Source of the DNA: a virus
Length of the DNA: 64,000 bases
Direction: 5' to 3' (one strand)
IMG/VR virus record: IMGVR_UViG_3300030380_005342
Span: 10,026 to 74,025 of that record
Shown here: in pieces, positions 8,941-20,383 of the stretch
How the letters are laid out: the number at the start of each line of letters is the position of its first letter
Numbering within the stretch: position 1 is the first letter of the stretch
Translations under genes and position numbers: made by a program
The notes under the pieces: model-generated
Seen by the model: only the letters and a program-made list of their open reading frames with translations
What the model was told of the DNA's origin: nothing
The model's database searches: none

Positions 8941-11900
8941 ATGAGTATTGGCAAAAATTCAGAAACAAGTGCATTTGATCCAGAGATCATGGGAAGATCT
9001 CCCTATTACGATGACTTTGAACCCCAAAAGAAGTTTGCCAAAATTCTTTTCAAGCCCGGACTGCCAGTTCAGTCGCGGGAACTCTCACAAGTTCAATCAA
9101 TTTTACAAAATCAAATTGAAAGATTCGGTAAGCATATTTTTGAAAATGGCTCAGTCATTCTTGGCGGAGAAGTTTCTGTTTCTTCTACCTCGTTCATTAG
9201 ACTTGATAATACTAATCTAATTTCTGCTGAAAACTTATCCTCAATCATTGGTCAAAGAATCACAGACGATACTGAAAGAGATGGTTCAACTACCCTTGCC
9301 ACAATCATTGGTGCTTTTGACCAACCACTAGCAGCCGATGGATTCACGAACGATCCACACCAAGTTTTGTTTATTGAATATAATACAAGTGGTGGATTCA
9401 CCACCTCCCAGCCAGTCTTGTCAACCACCGGAGACAACAATCTTGGCTTGACTTTTGGTATTGCAACTACCACAACCACTGATGCCTCAATCGGAACCGC
9501 GACAAACTTCGTGACGGTCAATGAGGGTTATTACTTCCTTGACGGTCATTTTGTTTTAAATGATGCTCAACAGTTTGCAGCATACTCCTCGACTGGTGGT
9601 TATAGAAACTTTGTTGAGCCAGATGCATCAATTGGATTTGATATTGTAAAGACAACAGTAAACGCTAACCAAGATGCAAGTTTGAATGATCCTGCTTTTG
9701 GTTTTAACAATTACAACGCTCCCGGTGCTGATAGATTTGTAATTACTCCCACTCTTGTTCAGAGGGGTTTGACCGGATCTAATGCTGACGCAGGTGGACT
9801 TGTGATTGATGGCACAACATCAGATTATGTTGAACTCGTCAGAGTCAACGGTGGCACGACAGTCAAAAGAGTCAAGACTGCTGACTATGCTGAGTTGGAA
9901 AAAACTCTTGCTCGAAGAACATTTGATGAGTCTGGTAACTACACAGTTAACCCATTTACTTTCGTTTCTAAAGATTACTCTGATGTTTTCTCCCCGGATG
10001 ACGAAACAAAGTTTGTCGGTGTTTTGTCTCCCGGCAAAGCATATGTCAATGGTTATGAGTTTGAGACAATCGCAAATAGTAATTTAATTTTTGACAAAGC
10101 GAGAGAAACTACAAACATTGACAGACTTGGCATTGACACTCCAGAGGGTTCGTTCTTCGAAATTTTTGATGCCACTAATACTAGATTCCACAAATTTGAC
10201 TCAAACACTGAAACGGTCGCAGATGGTAAACCCTTATCAATTTTCAATTCAGATAATGAATTCATTGGAACATTAAATGTTCGTATGGTTCGTCCCGGCA
10301 CGACCTCTACATCAGTCCGTATTTACTTCTTCAACGTTAGAATGCAGACTAACACTAGCACTGGAGAACTTTTCAAACTTTCTGATGCTAGGTTTATCCA
10401 AGATACATCAATTGATAACTTAGAAAATCCATCGTCTACTCCAGTGGTTGATCACACCGTGTTTGGATTTACAGCGGCAGGTGATGTGTCGATCAAACGG
10501 CTTACGAATAATAGACAAATTTTCTCTTTACCAAAGGGTGGACCGATTGAATCAATCGCTGGTGAAGATCATGATTCTCTTTTCACAGTGGTGAAAACTT
10601 TTGCTGGCACTGCTGATGCGAGTGGAAACTTTGTTGTCACTGGTGGCGGTGATAATGACTTCTTCGAAAGTAACATTCTCGCATTTGCCGCAACTGGTAG
10701 TGATGCAGCAACCAGAGTGTCAATTGATCTCTCATCCCCAACCAATCCAGATAATGATGCAGGTACGCTTACGCTTGCAAACTGTGGTAGTGGTGCGAGA
10801 GTTGTTGCAACTGTGCCTATGAAATATAAAAGCACAGTGACCGATCAAAATATTCGAAAGAAAACTTTAGTTAGAGATTCGGAAATCACAGGTGTCACTC
10901 TTGCAAACGGTGTTGGGGATTTGGGAGTAGTTGATATTTACGAAATCCTTTCCATCACTCAGGGTGGTGTTGATGTCACATCTAAATTTGATTTTGATAA
11001 TGGACAAAAAATTGATCGATATGATTTTGGTAGAGTTATTCTTAAACAAGGTGAGGATGTTGATACGACTGCAAACTCCTTAGTTGTCACCTGCAATAAA
11101 TTTACACATGCATATGGAAGCGGTGGACCGTTTACGAAACAAAGTTATGTTGACTCTGGACTCACAGCAGGACTAGAGTTCTCACCAGATTTCTTAGATC
11201 CTGAGAGCGGTGAAAAAATTAGATTGTTTGATGCTCTCGACTACAGACCTCAAAGATTGAATCGAGCCGGACATTTTTCATATGGTGATTCAACCGTGTC
11301 TGGAACACCAGATATCAAAACATCCACAGTCCCCATGGTGGACGCTGTTGAAAGTCCCTTTGTCTCTTATGAAACATATCTATCCAGAGTTGACAGTGTT
11401 ATCTTAGGGTCGGATAGAAGTCTTCGTGTGGTGAGTGGAGAAAGTTCTTTTGAACCAGCAGCACCGACTGTCGCAGAAGATGATCTTGAACTTTATCGTG
11501 TTGGCATTCCTGCCTTCACTTTGTCTACTGATGATGTAAATGCATCGTATATCAATAATCAAAGATATACGATGTCAGATATTGGTAATATTGAGCAGGC
11601 TACATTTAGTGATAACGAATTCAATTACAGAACAGCACTACAAAATAGAGCGATTGCATCGGCTGTCGGATTGTTCCCCGGATCAGAGGCGTTTGACGAT
11701 GGAGTTTTTGCTGATGATTTGATTGGACACGGCAATAGTGATGTCACTAAGATTCAACATAACGTTTCAATTGATCCGATCACAAATACCATCAGACCAG
11801 CGTTCACCACTAAGCCAATGGGCGTTTCGTATGACGCGACTCAAAGTGCAAACCTTAGTAGATTTGTTAGTCCTTATGGTGAAATCATAACATCCAGACA

Positions 11901-14676
11901 CACCACTGGTAATATTACATTTGTCTCAAACACTGATATTGATCCCATCACACAAGGAATCACAGTTGATGTGAATAGATTCGGGGTCACCGACTACCTC
12001 GGTTCTGTAAAACTTGATCCATTCTGTGATCGCTATTGGAGTGACACGCAAAAGGCAAAGGTTATCGTTAATACAAGTGGCGAAAATAATGCTTGGAAAA
12101 AAGGCATCTCCGCCCCCAGTGGTGTTGAGGGTAAAAAGTTTGGCTTTGGCACTCAGTGGAAAGATTGGGAGAGCATCTGGTTTGGACGAGAGATTGAAGA
12201 AGAAAACATCACTCAACAAAGCGATCCAGACTTTAGAAGTTATGTCGTTGCTCCAAGATCAACATATGTGAGAAGAAACCTTTCACAAAAAATTACTAGA
12301 CAACTCGCAAATAAAATTATTGATCTTTCGATTGTACCTTACATGCGTGCGGTAACTATTGACGGAACTGTTGAGGGCATGCGTCCCAATTCAACAGCGT
12401 ATCTTTACTTTGACGATGAGTTGACCGGGACAACCACGGGATACAGTGTTGGCACGACTGGTGCATTCACATTTAGTTTATCAATTCCAACTGACACTTA
12501 TCTTACAGGTGAAAAAGTTGTTAGAGTGATGGACAACGCTGATAATAACTTAAATCTTGCAACCACCTCTGCTGATGCTATCTTCTATGCCACTGGTGCA
12601 TTGGACACAAATGAGGCTGGAGTCAACACATTCCGTCCTCTGATTAGAAGAAGAGACTCCTCCTCTAGCAACTCAACACTCAACGCAGAGTATACTGATC
12701 TTGTCGGTAGCGAGTCTGCTCCTGTGTTGAATGCACTCACTCCTGTTTCACAAACTTTTACTGTTGATCAAAGCACTTTCCCCGATGGCATGGTTCTGAA
12801 AAACATCAAAGTTTTGTTTTCAGAAAAACCAGATGACAGTGGTGGTGTGATTAAATGTGAGATTAGACCTGTTGATACATTTGGGTATCCAAGGAGAAAT
12901 TACTTGATGCCTTGCTCTGAGGTTTACCTTAGACCAGAGGATGTAAATACCTACAATCCCGGTGATACCTTAAATGATAAACTGACAACTTTCAATTTCT
13001 GTGAAACGGGGACACCCGGAACAGGTTCGCCAATTTATCTTTCGCCCGGAACCTATTCCGTTAGTTTCTCTTCGAATGATATTAATTACAAACTTTGGAC
13101 AGTGAATAAAGTTTTCACTCAAGGAAATGGCGGTGCATTGCAAAGATTGTTCCAACCATCCAACACTGGTCAGGTCACTGAACTGTTTGATTATAGTTTG
13201 AGTCTTGTGATGGAGAGAGCAGCGTTTGAGGAATCAAACTCATTGCTTGACTACAACTTCACTAGCGTCACGGCAGATCTAGTCTTCAATACGAGTTATG
13301 TTGCATCGTCAAAACAATTGATTTCTTCCAATAAACTTGAAGCATCACTTCCCCCCATCGGTGGAGTTGGGTTTGGTCCGGTCAATGCCACAAGACGTTT
13401 TGAAAATCAGTTTGGCACTTCACCAACTAGCGTTCGATTCCGCTGGACTCCAACTGATCGTTCGTCAAATATTATCGACACGGCTCAAGTTATGCCGTTG
13501 TTGATTTCAAATAAAGTTTCTTTTGTAGATGCAAATGAAGTTACATTAAATACTCTTTCAAATGATAACTTGTCATCTTCTATCTCCAGATACTATTCGA
13601 AAATTGTCACTCTGCCAGCCCCCGCTGCCAACTTAAATGTTCGAATCAAGGGTAAGTTCCCATCTGGTGTGGTCACTAAAGTGTTTGGTAAATTTAAAGG
13701 GACTGATTCATCAGGATCTCTTGATCAGCAACCTTACGTTGAACTTGTTAGTCCATCAACTGTGATTTCAACTGTAAACACGAACGGTGATGTTGAAACT
13801 GTTATTAACAACTTTGCTGCACCTATCGCTGATGGTAGTGCCGTTTCGGACACTGGATTGTTTACAGAGTATCAACTCAAACTTGTTTTATCAAATAACA
13901 CAAATAGAAAAGATCTTCCTGAAATTGCTTCCATTGACGCAGTTCCTTTGGGACGTAAATCAGAGGCACAGTTCTTCCAAACAATTGTGCCTAGTGGTTC
14001 TATTTTCCCGTACGCTGGCACTTTCACAGCACCAGAGGGTTTCTTGTTATGTGATGGCACAATTTATAATAAAGATGAATTCTTGAATCTTTACAATGCA
14101 CTTGGTGGAGAAAATAACCCTTACAATACTGACAGCGGTATTGATAGTGCCACACAATTCCAAGTTCCAAACTTACAAGGAAGAATGCCGGTTGGTGAAG
14201 ATAGATCCGTGACACCGAGTGGTGATGCTGGATTTGGTGGTGCTAATAAAGTCTTGGGTAACACTGGTGGTATCACTGGGGTTGCAATGCACCAACACAC
14301 AGGTCTTATCTCTCCAAGGGCTGGTAGGGGAGCGGGTAATGACCCACCCAACCCTGACGGAAGAAGACTTCCCTTCATAGTTACTTGTGACACGCAAAAT
14401 TGTATTCAAGATGAAATTCAAGGACTTGAGGGTAGTGACGCAAGATTTAGACCGGACTCTCTTGAACAAACCATCGATGCATTTGATATTACAGTGCTTC
14501 CAACATCTGCTACTGGTGGCAGGGCAACAACAAACTTCCCCGGTACAAATTCCTTCTTGGAACAAGGTGACTTGGTTACCGGAGCAAAAGGAAACATTGT
14601 AGATAATCAACCCACTGCAATCACTCTCGAACAAATGCCTCCGTATGTGGTAACTCGATACATAATTAAGATCTAA
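8941..14676 (+). CDS. Large VrlC-like (DUF4815-type) virion structural protein with C-terminal tail-collar domain
   Basis: SPYYDDF...K.F.KILFKPG.PVQ.RELSQVQSILQNQIE.FG, APGADR, LARRTFDESGNY, PGKAYV.GYE; C-terminal PSGSIFPYAG..APEGFLLCDG...FQVPNLQGR.PVG and PPY.V.RYIIK collar motifs. Confidence 0.88.
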   Translation: MSIGKNSETSAFDPEIMGRSPYYDDFEPQKKFAKILFKPGLPVQSRELSQVQSILQNQIERFGKHIFENGSVILGGEVSVSSTSFIRLDNTNLISAENLSSIIGQRITDDTERDGSTTLATIIGAFDQPLAADGFTNDPHQVLFIEYNTSGGFTTSQPVLSTTGDNNLGLTFGIATTTTTDASIGTATNFVTVNEGYYFLDGHFVLNDAQQFAAYSSTGGYRNFVEPDASIGFDIVKTTVNANQDASLNDPAFGFNNYNAPGADRFVITPTLVQRGLTGSNADAGGLVIDGTTSDYVELVRVNGGTTVKRVKTADYAELEKTLARRTFDESGNYTVNPFTFVSKDYSDVFSPDDETKFVGVLSPGKAYVNGYEFETIANSNLIFDKARETTNIDRLGIDTPEGSFFEIFDATNTRFHKFDSNTETVADGKPLSIFNSDNEFIGTLNVRMVRPGTTSTSVRIYFFNVRMQTNTSTGELFKLSDARFIQDTSIDNLENPSSTPVVDHTVFGFTAAGDVSIKRLTNNRQIFSLPKGGPIESIAGEDHDSLFTVVKTFAGTADASGNFVVTGGGDNDFFESNILAFAATGSDAATRVSIDLSSPTNPDNDAGTLTLANCGSGARVVATVPMKYKSTVTDQNIRKKTLVRDSEITGVTLANGVGDLGVVDIYEILSITQGGVDVTSKFDFDNGQKIDRYDFGRVILKQGEDVDTTANSLVVTCNKFTHAYGSGGPFTKQSYVDSGLTAGLEFSPDFLDPESGEKIRLFDALDYRPQRLNRAGHFSYGDSTVSGTPDIKTSTVPMVDAVESPFVSYETYLSRVDSVILGSDRSLRVVSGESSFEPAAPTVAEDDLELYRVGIPAFTLSTDDVNASYINNQRYTMSDIGNIEQATFSDNEFNYRTALQNRAIASAVGLFPGSEAFDDGVFADDLIGHGNSDVTKIQHNVSIDPITNTIRPAFTTKPMGVSYDATQSANLSRFVSPYGEIITSRHTTGNITFVSNTDIDPITQGITVDVNRFGVTDYLGSVKLDPFCDRYWSDTQKAKVIVNTSGENNAWKKGISAPSGVEGKKFGFGTQWKDWESIWFGREIEEENITQQSDPDFRSYVVAPRSTYVRRNLSQKITRQLANKIIDLSIVPYMRAVTIDGTVEGMRPNSTAYLYFDDELTGTTTGYSVGTTGAFTFSLSIPTDTYLTGEKVVRVMDNADNNLNLATTSADAIFYATGALDTNEAGVNTFRPLIRRRDSSSSNSTLNAEYTDLVGSESAPVLNALTPVSQTFTVDQSTFPDGMVLKNIKVLFSEKPDDSGGVIKCEIRPVDTFGYPRRNYLMPCSEVYLRPEDVNTYNPGDTLNDKLTTFNFCETGTPGTGSPIYLSPGTYSVSFSSNDINYKLWTVNKVFTQGNGGALQRLFQPSNTGQVTELFDYSLSLVMERAAFEESNSLLDYNFTSVTADLVFNTSYVASSKQLISSNKLEASLPPIGGVGFGPVNATRRFENQFGTSPTSVRFRWTPTDRSSNIIDTAQVMPLLISNKVSFVDANEVTLNTLSNDNLSSSISRYYSKIVTLPAPAANLNVRIKGKFPSGVVTKVFGKFKGTDSSGSLDQQPYVELVSPSTVISTVNTNGDVETVINNFAAPIADGSAVSDTGLFTEYQLKLVLSNNTNRKDLPEIASIDAVPLGRKSEAQFFQTIVPSGSIFPYAGTFTAPEGFLLCDGTIYNKDEFLNLYNALGGENNPYNTDSGIDSATQFQVPNLQGRMPVGEDRSVTPSGDAGFGGANKVLGNTGGITGVAMHQHTGLISPRAGRGAGNDPPNPDGRRLPFIVTCDTQNCIQDEIQGLEGSDARFRPDSLEQTIDAFDITVLPTSATGGRATTNFPGTNSFLEQGDLVTGAKGNIVDNQPTAITLEQMPPYVVTRYIIKI
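14657..14664 (+). promoter_or_regulatory. Late promoter variant GATACATA
   Basis: Motif match about 25 nt upstream of ORF 14689. Confidence 0.5.
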
Positions 14677-14688
14677 CAGGAAACTTAA

Positions 14689-16644
14689 ATGGCTGGAAAC
14701 GCATTTACAAACCTAAGCACACTTTCACTATCTGACAACTTTAGAAGTTGGTTTGATAAAACTAATGAAATTGTTGAAACTTTAAACCCTGTTGAAGTTT
14801 ACGGAGTTACACCCGGAAGTGGTATTACCGTTGCGATTGATGCCTCTGGCATTGCGACAGTGGGTCTATCTTTACCCGCATCGGTTCCCGGTAACGCTGG
14901 ATTTACTGGTAGCATTACATTTAGCAATGAGGTTCGGTTTACAGGAAAAACTGTGGATGTTTCAGGATCTACGGTTTATGGAAATGTTGTTCGAACTGTC
15001 AATGGATCAACCGGAGATGTAACCATTGCTCTTACCGGAGCCAATGATTCAACAAGCACCACTGGTGATATTTTAATCAAAACTGGTGGAACGCTTGCAG
15101 CGTATACCATGTTCCAAGGTTTCACACTTGACGGAAATAGATCTTTCAGATTCTCTGGATCTGGTGGCATGTTAATCGGTGGTTCAGGTGGTATCACCGG
15201 AATGAATCACATCGGAACCAAGTTTAGACTTGGTAGCCTTGCTATCGCAGGTGGACTTTCTGGTGCTGGTGATGCAGGTGTCACCGCTGCCTTCCTTCAA
15301 TTCTTAAACTTAGGATACACTGGATCGGACAATGCAGAGCGTGGTATGCAAGTTTACTACGGAAGAATCAATAACGGCAACACAGATGCTTTAGGGTTAG
15401 TGGTCAAGGGTGGTGGCACAAATGGCGACTTTGATTCTGACGGACCAATGCTTGTTGTTGATTCAACAAATAGAAGATTTGGATTAAATGGAGTCACCTC
15501 TGCACAAGGCGGTCTTCATATTAAAACTATCTCTACAAGCACCACAGCAGGAAATGACATCCTGTTAGAAGATAGTGCAGGAAAAACAATCCCGATCAGA
15601 ACTGTCATCAATGGTTCAACTACAGAGTATAACGGTAAAGAAGGTATTGTCACATCAACTGGTGCTAGATTCCGTGGGTTTGCAAATCAAAGCAGACTGC
15701 GAACAATCACAAACGCAGTCTATACAAATGTTGGTGTTGAACTTAGACACTCAAGCACTCCCTCTAGTTTCAGTGTTCTCGGTCAAGAGTCATCTGGTGC
15801 TTCTTTATCTCCTGCTCTTGTAGTCAAGGGAGATGGCTCAGTCATCATTGGTGGTGTTAGCGGTGGCGAGTCTGGCAGCACATTCGGTGCTTTGAATATT
15901 GTCAGTGGCGAAATCTTACTGGGTGGAACTCATGGTGTTACGCTTACTGAGAATGGTGGTGTTCAAACAATCTTGAGTGGTATGTCCGGTGGTGGTATTT
16001 CAAACGAATATAAAGTTATTCTTGCACCTACACCAGATGGTGGAACATCGACATCTTTAGTCACGAACATTGAGTTTGCTGGTAATATTACAGATGACAT
16101 TGTTTCAGATATTCGAAGAACATCTGCAACAGGGGTAGGTGCAGAGGATGAGTTTGGAGCAAGCATTCCGTTCGTTGAGCAAACCTTCCTTGAATTCTTT
16201 GATTACTCTGGATCTAGCAAACGTCACGCAGTTGGCAACTTTGAAATTGAAGTTACCATGCCTGTTTATGAGTTTGTTTACGAAAAGGGTAACTTTGCTC
16301 TCTCCAGAGATTTCGATGAGCCAGAGCCGATCATCGGGGTCGTTGCTTTTACAGATGATAATAAAACAAATAATATTAGTGGAAACATTTCTAGCGGTGC
16401 ATTCCTAGCAAATCCAAGCAAAGGTGTTGACTATATTATGTTAAAAGATATTCTATCTACAGATCTGCACGGTAATGTTTTGCCAAAAACAGATCAAATC
16501 AAATTTACTGTGTCTGGAAACTGTGCAGAGCGAGTGAAGTTAGGTATTTTTGCTTCAAGCGTTCATGCTCATCGAGGACAAAGATGTGGGGCTATCTACA
16601 AGAGTCCCGGTTCGTATAAAGCAAGATTCTTTAACGTGGAGTAA
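14689..16644 (+). CDS. Tail fibre-like structural protein
   Basis: N-terminal LSDNF.SW..KTNEI motif of T4-like fibre proteins, V.TVNG.TGDVT repeat, Gly/Thr-rich beta content. Confidence 0.7.
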   Translation: MAGNAFTNLSTLSLSDNFRSWFDKTNEIVETLNPVEVYGVTPGSGITVAIDASGIATVGLSLPASVPGNAGFTGSITFSNEVRFTGKTVDVSGSTVYGNVVRTVNGSTGDVTIALTGANDSTSTTGDILIKTGGTLAAYTMFQGFTLDGNRSFRFSGSGGMLIGGSGGITGMNHIGTKFRLGSLAIAGGLSGAGDAGVTAAFLQFLNLGYTGSDNAERGMQVYYGRINNGNTDALGLVVKGGGTNGDFDSDGPMLVVDSTNRRFGLNGVTSAQGGLHIKTISTSTTAGNDILLEDSAGKTIPIRTVINGSTTEYNGKEGIVTSTGARFRGFANQSRLRTITNAVYTNVGVELRHSSTPSSFSVLGQESSGASLSPALVVKGDGSVIIGGVSGGESGSTFGALNIVSGEILLGGTHGVTLTENGGVQTILSGMSGGGISNEYKVILAPTPDGGTSTSLVTNIEFAGNITDDIVSDIRRTSATGVGAEDEFGASIPFVEQTFLEFFDYSGSSKRHAVGNFEIEVTMPVYEFVYEKGNFALSRDFDEPEPIIGVVAFTDDNKTNNISGNISSGAFLANPSKGVDYIMLKDILSTDLHGNVLPKTDQIKFTVSGNCAERVKLGIFASSVHAHRGQRCGAIYKSPGSYKARFFNVE

Positions 16645-16646
16645 AT

Positions 16647-17699
16647 ATGGCAACTTTTGATTCAATCACATATTCAGGTGACCTTTCGGGTGAATTAGTT
16701 CAACTTGTTTTCAACAAGGGAAATTTGATTACAGTGAGAAACACAGGAACTTCCACTGGAGATTATGTCAGTGCTGGTGGTGAAACTTTTGCATCAACTG
16801 ATGGCGTATCACAGTTTATCACTAATGCTGGATTCTTAAATTATGTTAATGATGGCAAAAGAGTCTCAACAATCAAAACAACAGGATCGGGGCTATTCAC
16901 CCAGATGGGTAGTGGCAATTCAGGAAACGGCTCTGGAGATTTCTTGAACATTCCCGATCCAAGAATCACACATAGAATTACTTTTGGAAGCACAAACGGT
17001 ATCGGTGCTTCGGGTTCATCTGGTATCAGTCATGCAGATCAACTTTTGATTACTGACGCTTCTGGCACAACTCTTCATGCGTACTTTGGCAGATTCTTTG
17101 ATGGATTCACCACAGGGACTACGGCAGCCATTGAGATTTACGCAGTTGGCTCCACAGGAAACGCATCTGGTAAAACTGGATTTGTGGGTCTTACTGCGCC
17201 ATTCATTTTCAACTCTGCTCAGGGTTCTACCTCTCAGGTGGCTGCGGACGGCATTTCTACACTTAAAAATGTAGGATCATTTAGAAACTTTATGTTTGAT
17301 CAGATCGGAACATCCTTAGATGGTGCGACTCACACAGCAGTCACTTATGGTATCGCAGACAACAAAAGTATAATTTTTTACAAGGGTGCATACAGCCTTC
17401 AAGAACTCGGAACGATTAGTACAATGCTCAGGGCAAATACTCTAGGATCTGCAACAGAGTTGATTCAGAATTATCACCTGCCGCTAGTTGGGCAAACAAG
17501 TGCCACCAGTGGTTTCATTGGGGTCACCTTTAACGCTGTCACAGGCGGCACAGGAACCACCAATGACTGCTCAGAGTTTGACAATGCAATAGGAAACTAT
17601 TTTAAGAAGAGAAATGACATTAAATTGACTGTTGATACAAAATTTAAGGTTTTTGAGGGCTTAGGCTCGATCAAAGAGATGGTTACAACAACATTCTGA
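16647..17699 (+). CDS. Hypothetical Gly/Thr/Ser-rich structural protein
   Basis: 350 aa ORF with GGAG RBS between fibre gene and gp13; about 14 G-x-T motifs by hand count. Confidence 0.65.
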   Translation: MATFDSITYSGDLSGELVQLVFNKGNLITVRNTGTSTGDYVSAGGETFASTDGVSQFITNAGFLNYVNDGKRVSTIKTTGSGLFTQMGSGNSGNGSGDFLNIPDPRITHRITFGSTNGIGASGSSGISHADQLLITDASGTTLHAYFGRFFDGFTTGTTAAIEIYAVGSTGNASGKTGFVGLTAPFIFNSAQGSTSQVAADGISTLKNVGSFRNFMFDQIGTSLDGATHTAVTYGIADNKSIIFYKGAYSLQELGTISTMLRANTLGSATELIQNYHLPLVGQTSATSGFIGVTFNAVTGGTGTTNDCSEFDNAIGNYFKKRNDIKLTVDTKFKVFEGLGSIKEMVTTTF

Positions 17700-17810
17700 T
17701 GTGTCTTAAATATCAAACAATGTGTCATTTTACGCATAGGTCAAATTGTGGCATCTGATTCTGACAAAAAACCCAAAGGTGACCAGTTGAAGCGTAGGAA
17801 GCCTCGCTCT

Positions 17811-17818
17811 AATACATA
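17811..17818 (+). promoter_or_regulatory. Late promoter variant AATACATA (gp13)
   Basis: Intergenic, upstream of the AAGGAG RBS of gp13. Confidence 0.55.
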
Positions 17819-17841
17819 TAAAAGGCAAAGGAGCGAAATAG

Positions 17842-18639
17842 ATGGCAACACCAACATCACGGGAAGAACTAAAACAGTATGCTCTAAGAAAACTGGGCGC
17901 ACCCGTAATCGAGATTAATGTCGATGACGCACAATTAGAAGATGCTCTTGATGATTCGTTGCAAATTTTTAACGAATATCACTTTGATGGTGTGCAAAAA
18001 GCACTTTTCAAAGTAGAAGTGACCGCTGACGATATCACAAACGGTTATTTAAATACAAATAGTATTGGAAGCACGCAAGGTCCGGGTGACTCTCCTCAAG
18101 TCGAGGGTGGTGATCGGATTGTTTCTGTAAATAAAGTTTTTCAGTTTGCAGAAGGTGGTGCAAGCACGAACATGTTTAGTGTGAATTATCAGTTAGCCCT
18201 AAATGACATTTATGGTATTCGCACTCCCGGCTCCCTGAGTCAATATGCAAATACACAAAGTTACATTCAGATGGTAAGCGACATGCTTGACCCCGAAAAA
18301 CAAATTGAATTTAGTAGAGTCACAAATAGGCTTTACTTAAAAATGGATTGGAGCGAAGTTGTAAGTGCTGGCGACTTCTTAATGATCGAAGCGTATGTTT
18401 CACTCAATCCAGACACATATACAGAAATCTATAATGATATTTTGCTAAAACAATATGTGACTGCCTCCTTCAAGAAGCAGTGGGCTATGAACTTACTAAA
18501 GTATCAAAACATTCGTCTTCCGGGTGGTGTTGAATTCAACGCAGATTCACTTTTGTCCGAGGCAAATTCTGAGATGGATAAAATTGAAGAAACTCTTTAT
18601 GATAAGTACGAACTTCCGCCTGATATTATGATCGGATAA
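17842..18639 (+). CDS. gp13: Neck protein gp13
   Basis: P.SREELK.YALRKLGAPVIEINVD..QLED, EYHFDG, K.QW..NL.KY....LPGGV..N. Confidence 0.95.
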   Translation: MATPTSREELKQYALRKLGAPVIEINVDDAQLEDALDDSLQIFNEYHFDGVQKALFKVEVTADDITNGYLNTNSIGSTQGPGDSPQVEGGDRIVSVNKVFQFAEGGASTNMFSVNYQLALNDIYGIRTPGSLSQYANTQSYIQMVSDMLDPEKQIEFSRVTNRLYLKMDWSEVVSAGDFLMIEAYVSLNPDTYTEIYNDILLKQYVTASFKKQWAMNLLKYQNIRLPGGVEFNADSLLSEANSEMDKIEETLYDKYELPPDIMIG

Positions 18640-18641
18640 TT

Positions 18642-19532
18642 ATGCCAACTAATCCATACTTCAACAAAACAACAGTGAAGTCTGAGCAAACGCTTGTTCA
18701 AGATCTTGTTGATGAGTCTATTAAGATTCATGGCATCGATATGGTGTACCTGCCCAGAACCCTTGTAAATGTTGATGAGATCTTTGGTGAAGACAAATTG
18801 CCAAAGTTTGAAAAGGGTAAGTTTCTTGAGATGTATGTTGAAGACTTTGAAGGCTTCGAGGGCGAAGGCGAAACCATGACTCAGTTTGGTTTAGAGATCA
18901 AAGATAATTTGACGCTCACCGTGTCTAGACGAAGATTCCTAGAGACATTTGCTGCTGAGGACTATCCATATCCGAGAGAGGGTGACCTTGTTTTCTTTCC
19001 ATTAAATAATTCACTTTTTGAGATTGATTTTGTTGAGAGAGAATACAATTTCTTTAGTTTTGGAAAAACATTTGCTTACCAAATCAAGTGTAGTTTGTTC
19101 AAGTATTCTGGTGGAGATTTCGAGTCTGGATTTGATCAGATTGACGGGGTTACATCAGCGGCAGTTGACAAGTTATTTACAGTTAGTCTTACCGGAGGCA
19201 ATGCTGGTGCAGGCACAGGAGAATTCACTGACGGTGAGCGTGCGCACTTGTATACGAACCGAGCAGGCAGCGTGACGAGTGCTACAGTGGACATCATCGA
19301 GTGGGATACCTCAGTGGACATCGCAACCGTGAGGCTCGTAGACGGGACTACAGTGGGTGCTACGGCAATGGTCGGTGCATCGTCTGGTGCGTCCTACGGA
19401 ATCAACACCATTGGATTGACGGCAGAATATTTTGTTAAAGATGCCTTTGAAGACAATACAGAACTTGACAGGGAAGCCAAAGGGTTTCTTGACTTTACAA
19501 ATACCGACCCATTCTCCGAGGGAGATTTCTAA
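18642..19532 (+). CDS. gp14: Neck protein gp14
   Basis: NPYF...SEQ.LVQDLVDESIKIHG.D..YLPR, FGLEI.D, P.EGDL.FFP, DF..TDPF.E. Confidence 0.95.
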   Translation: MPTNPYFNKTTVKSEQTLVQDLVDESIKIHGIDMVYLPRTLVNVDEIFGEDKLPKFEKGKFLEMYVEDFEGFEGEGETMTQFGLEIKDNLTLTVSRRRFLETFAAEDYPYPREGDLVFFPLNNSLFEIDFVEREYNFFSFGKTFAYQIKCSLFKYSGGDFESGFDQIDGVTSAAVDKLFTVSLTGGNAGAGTGEFTDGERAHLYTNRAGSVTSATVDIIEWDTSVDIATVRLVDGTTVGATAMVGASSGASYGINTIGLTAEYFVKDAFEDNTELDREAKGFLDFTNTDPFSEGDF

Positions 19533-20379
19533 TGTTTACTACATTTTACAATGAAACAATTCGTAGAACAGTCGTAGGCTTTGGTAGTCTTTTTGATGAT
19601 ATTTTTGTTCAAAGAAAAAACTCCGCTGGAACTTTACAGAAAAAAATACTCGTTCCAATTACTTACTCTGCGAAAGAAAAATTCTTTAGAATGCTCAGAG
19701 AGTATCCGATCCTTAAGGGTGAGGATAGTGATATTCACATTGGTCAGGTCTTGCCTCGCATGGGATTTTCTGTCACGACAATCGACTACGATGGGTCTAG
19801 AAAAAGAAATACATTATCTCAAAGATTTTTAGATGGCGATGTCGATTCTGCGTCAGGTAAATTACTCACAAACAAAACACAGTTTGCTGAGGTTCCGTAC
19901 AATATTGGATTCAATCTAGCGATTGCTACGCGAACAAATGACGATGCTCTTCAAATCATTGAGCAAATTTTGCCATTCTTCACACCAGAGTTTACGATTA
20001 CAATTAACTACACATCTGAAATGAATACAAAAATTGATGTGCCTATTATTTTAACTGGCGTGACTCCAGAGGTAGAGTTTGAGGGTGATACGTCAGAGCA
20101 GAGATCAGTAATTTATAATTTATCATTCACCGCACAAACTTATCTTTTCTCGCCCATCAAAACAAACAAGATCATTCGGGAAACTCAAGTCACCGGATTC
20201 TTCTCAAACTTCGATTCCTCTGGTGGCATCAGTGGACCTACAGGTGCAGCCTTCAAGGCTGTGTCGAGTATCACCGGACCATCTGGTGCAAGCACCAACC
20301 CACCTGATGCGACAGTGACAACTGATGTATTTGAATTTGGTGGTAGTGGTGGTTTAAGTATCACTGGAGGTACATTAGC

Positions 20380-20383
<4 letters not shown>
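19532..20383 (+). CDS. gp15: Tail sheath stabilizer/completion protein gp15
   Basis: FYNE.IRR.VV.FG.LF.DI, VPI.Y..KEKF, LPRMGF, VPYNI.F.L, QI.EQILP.F.P. Confidence 0.95.

Noticed and set aside
17699-17841. Longest intergenic gap, with short ORFs (19 aa from 17699; basic GTG ORF from 17748) and CTTAAATA at 17705
   Set aside because: No convincing RBS, structure, tRNA fold or repeat; cannot support a gene or ncRNA.
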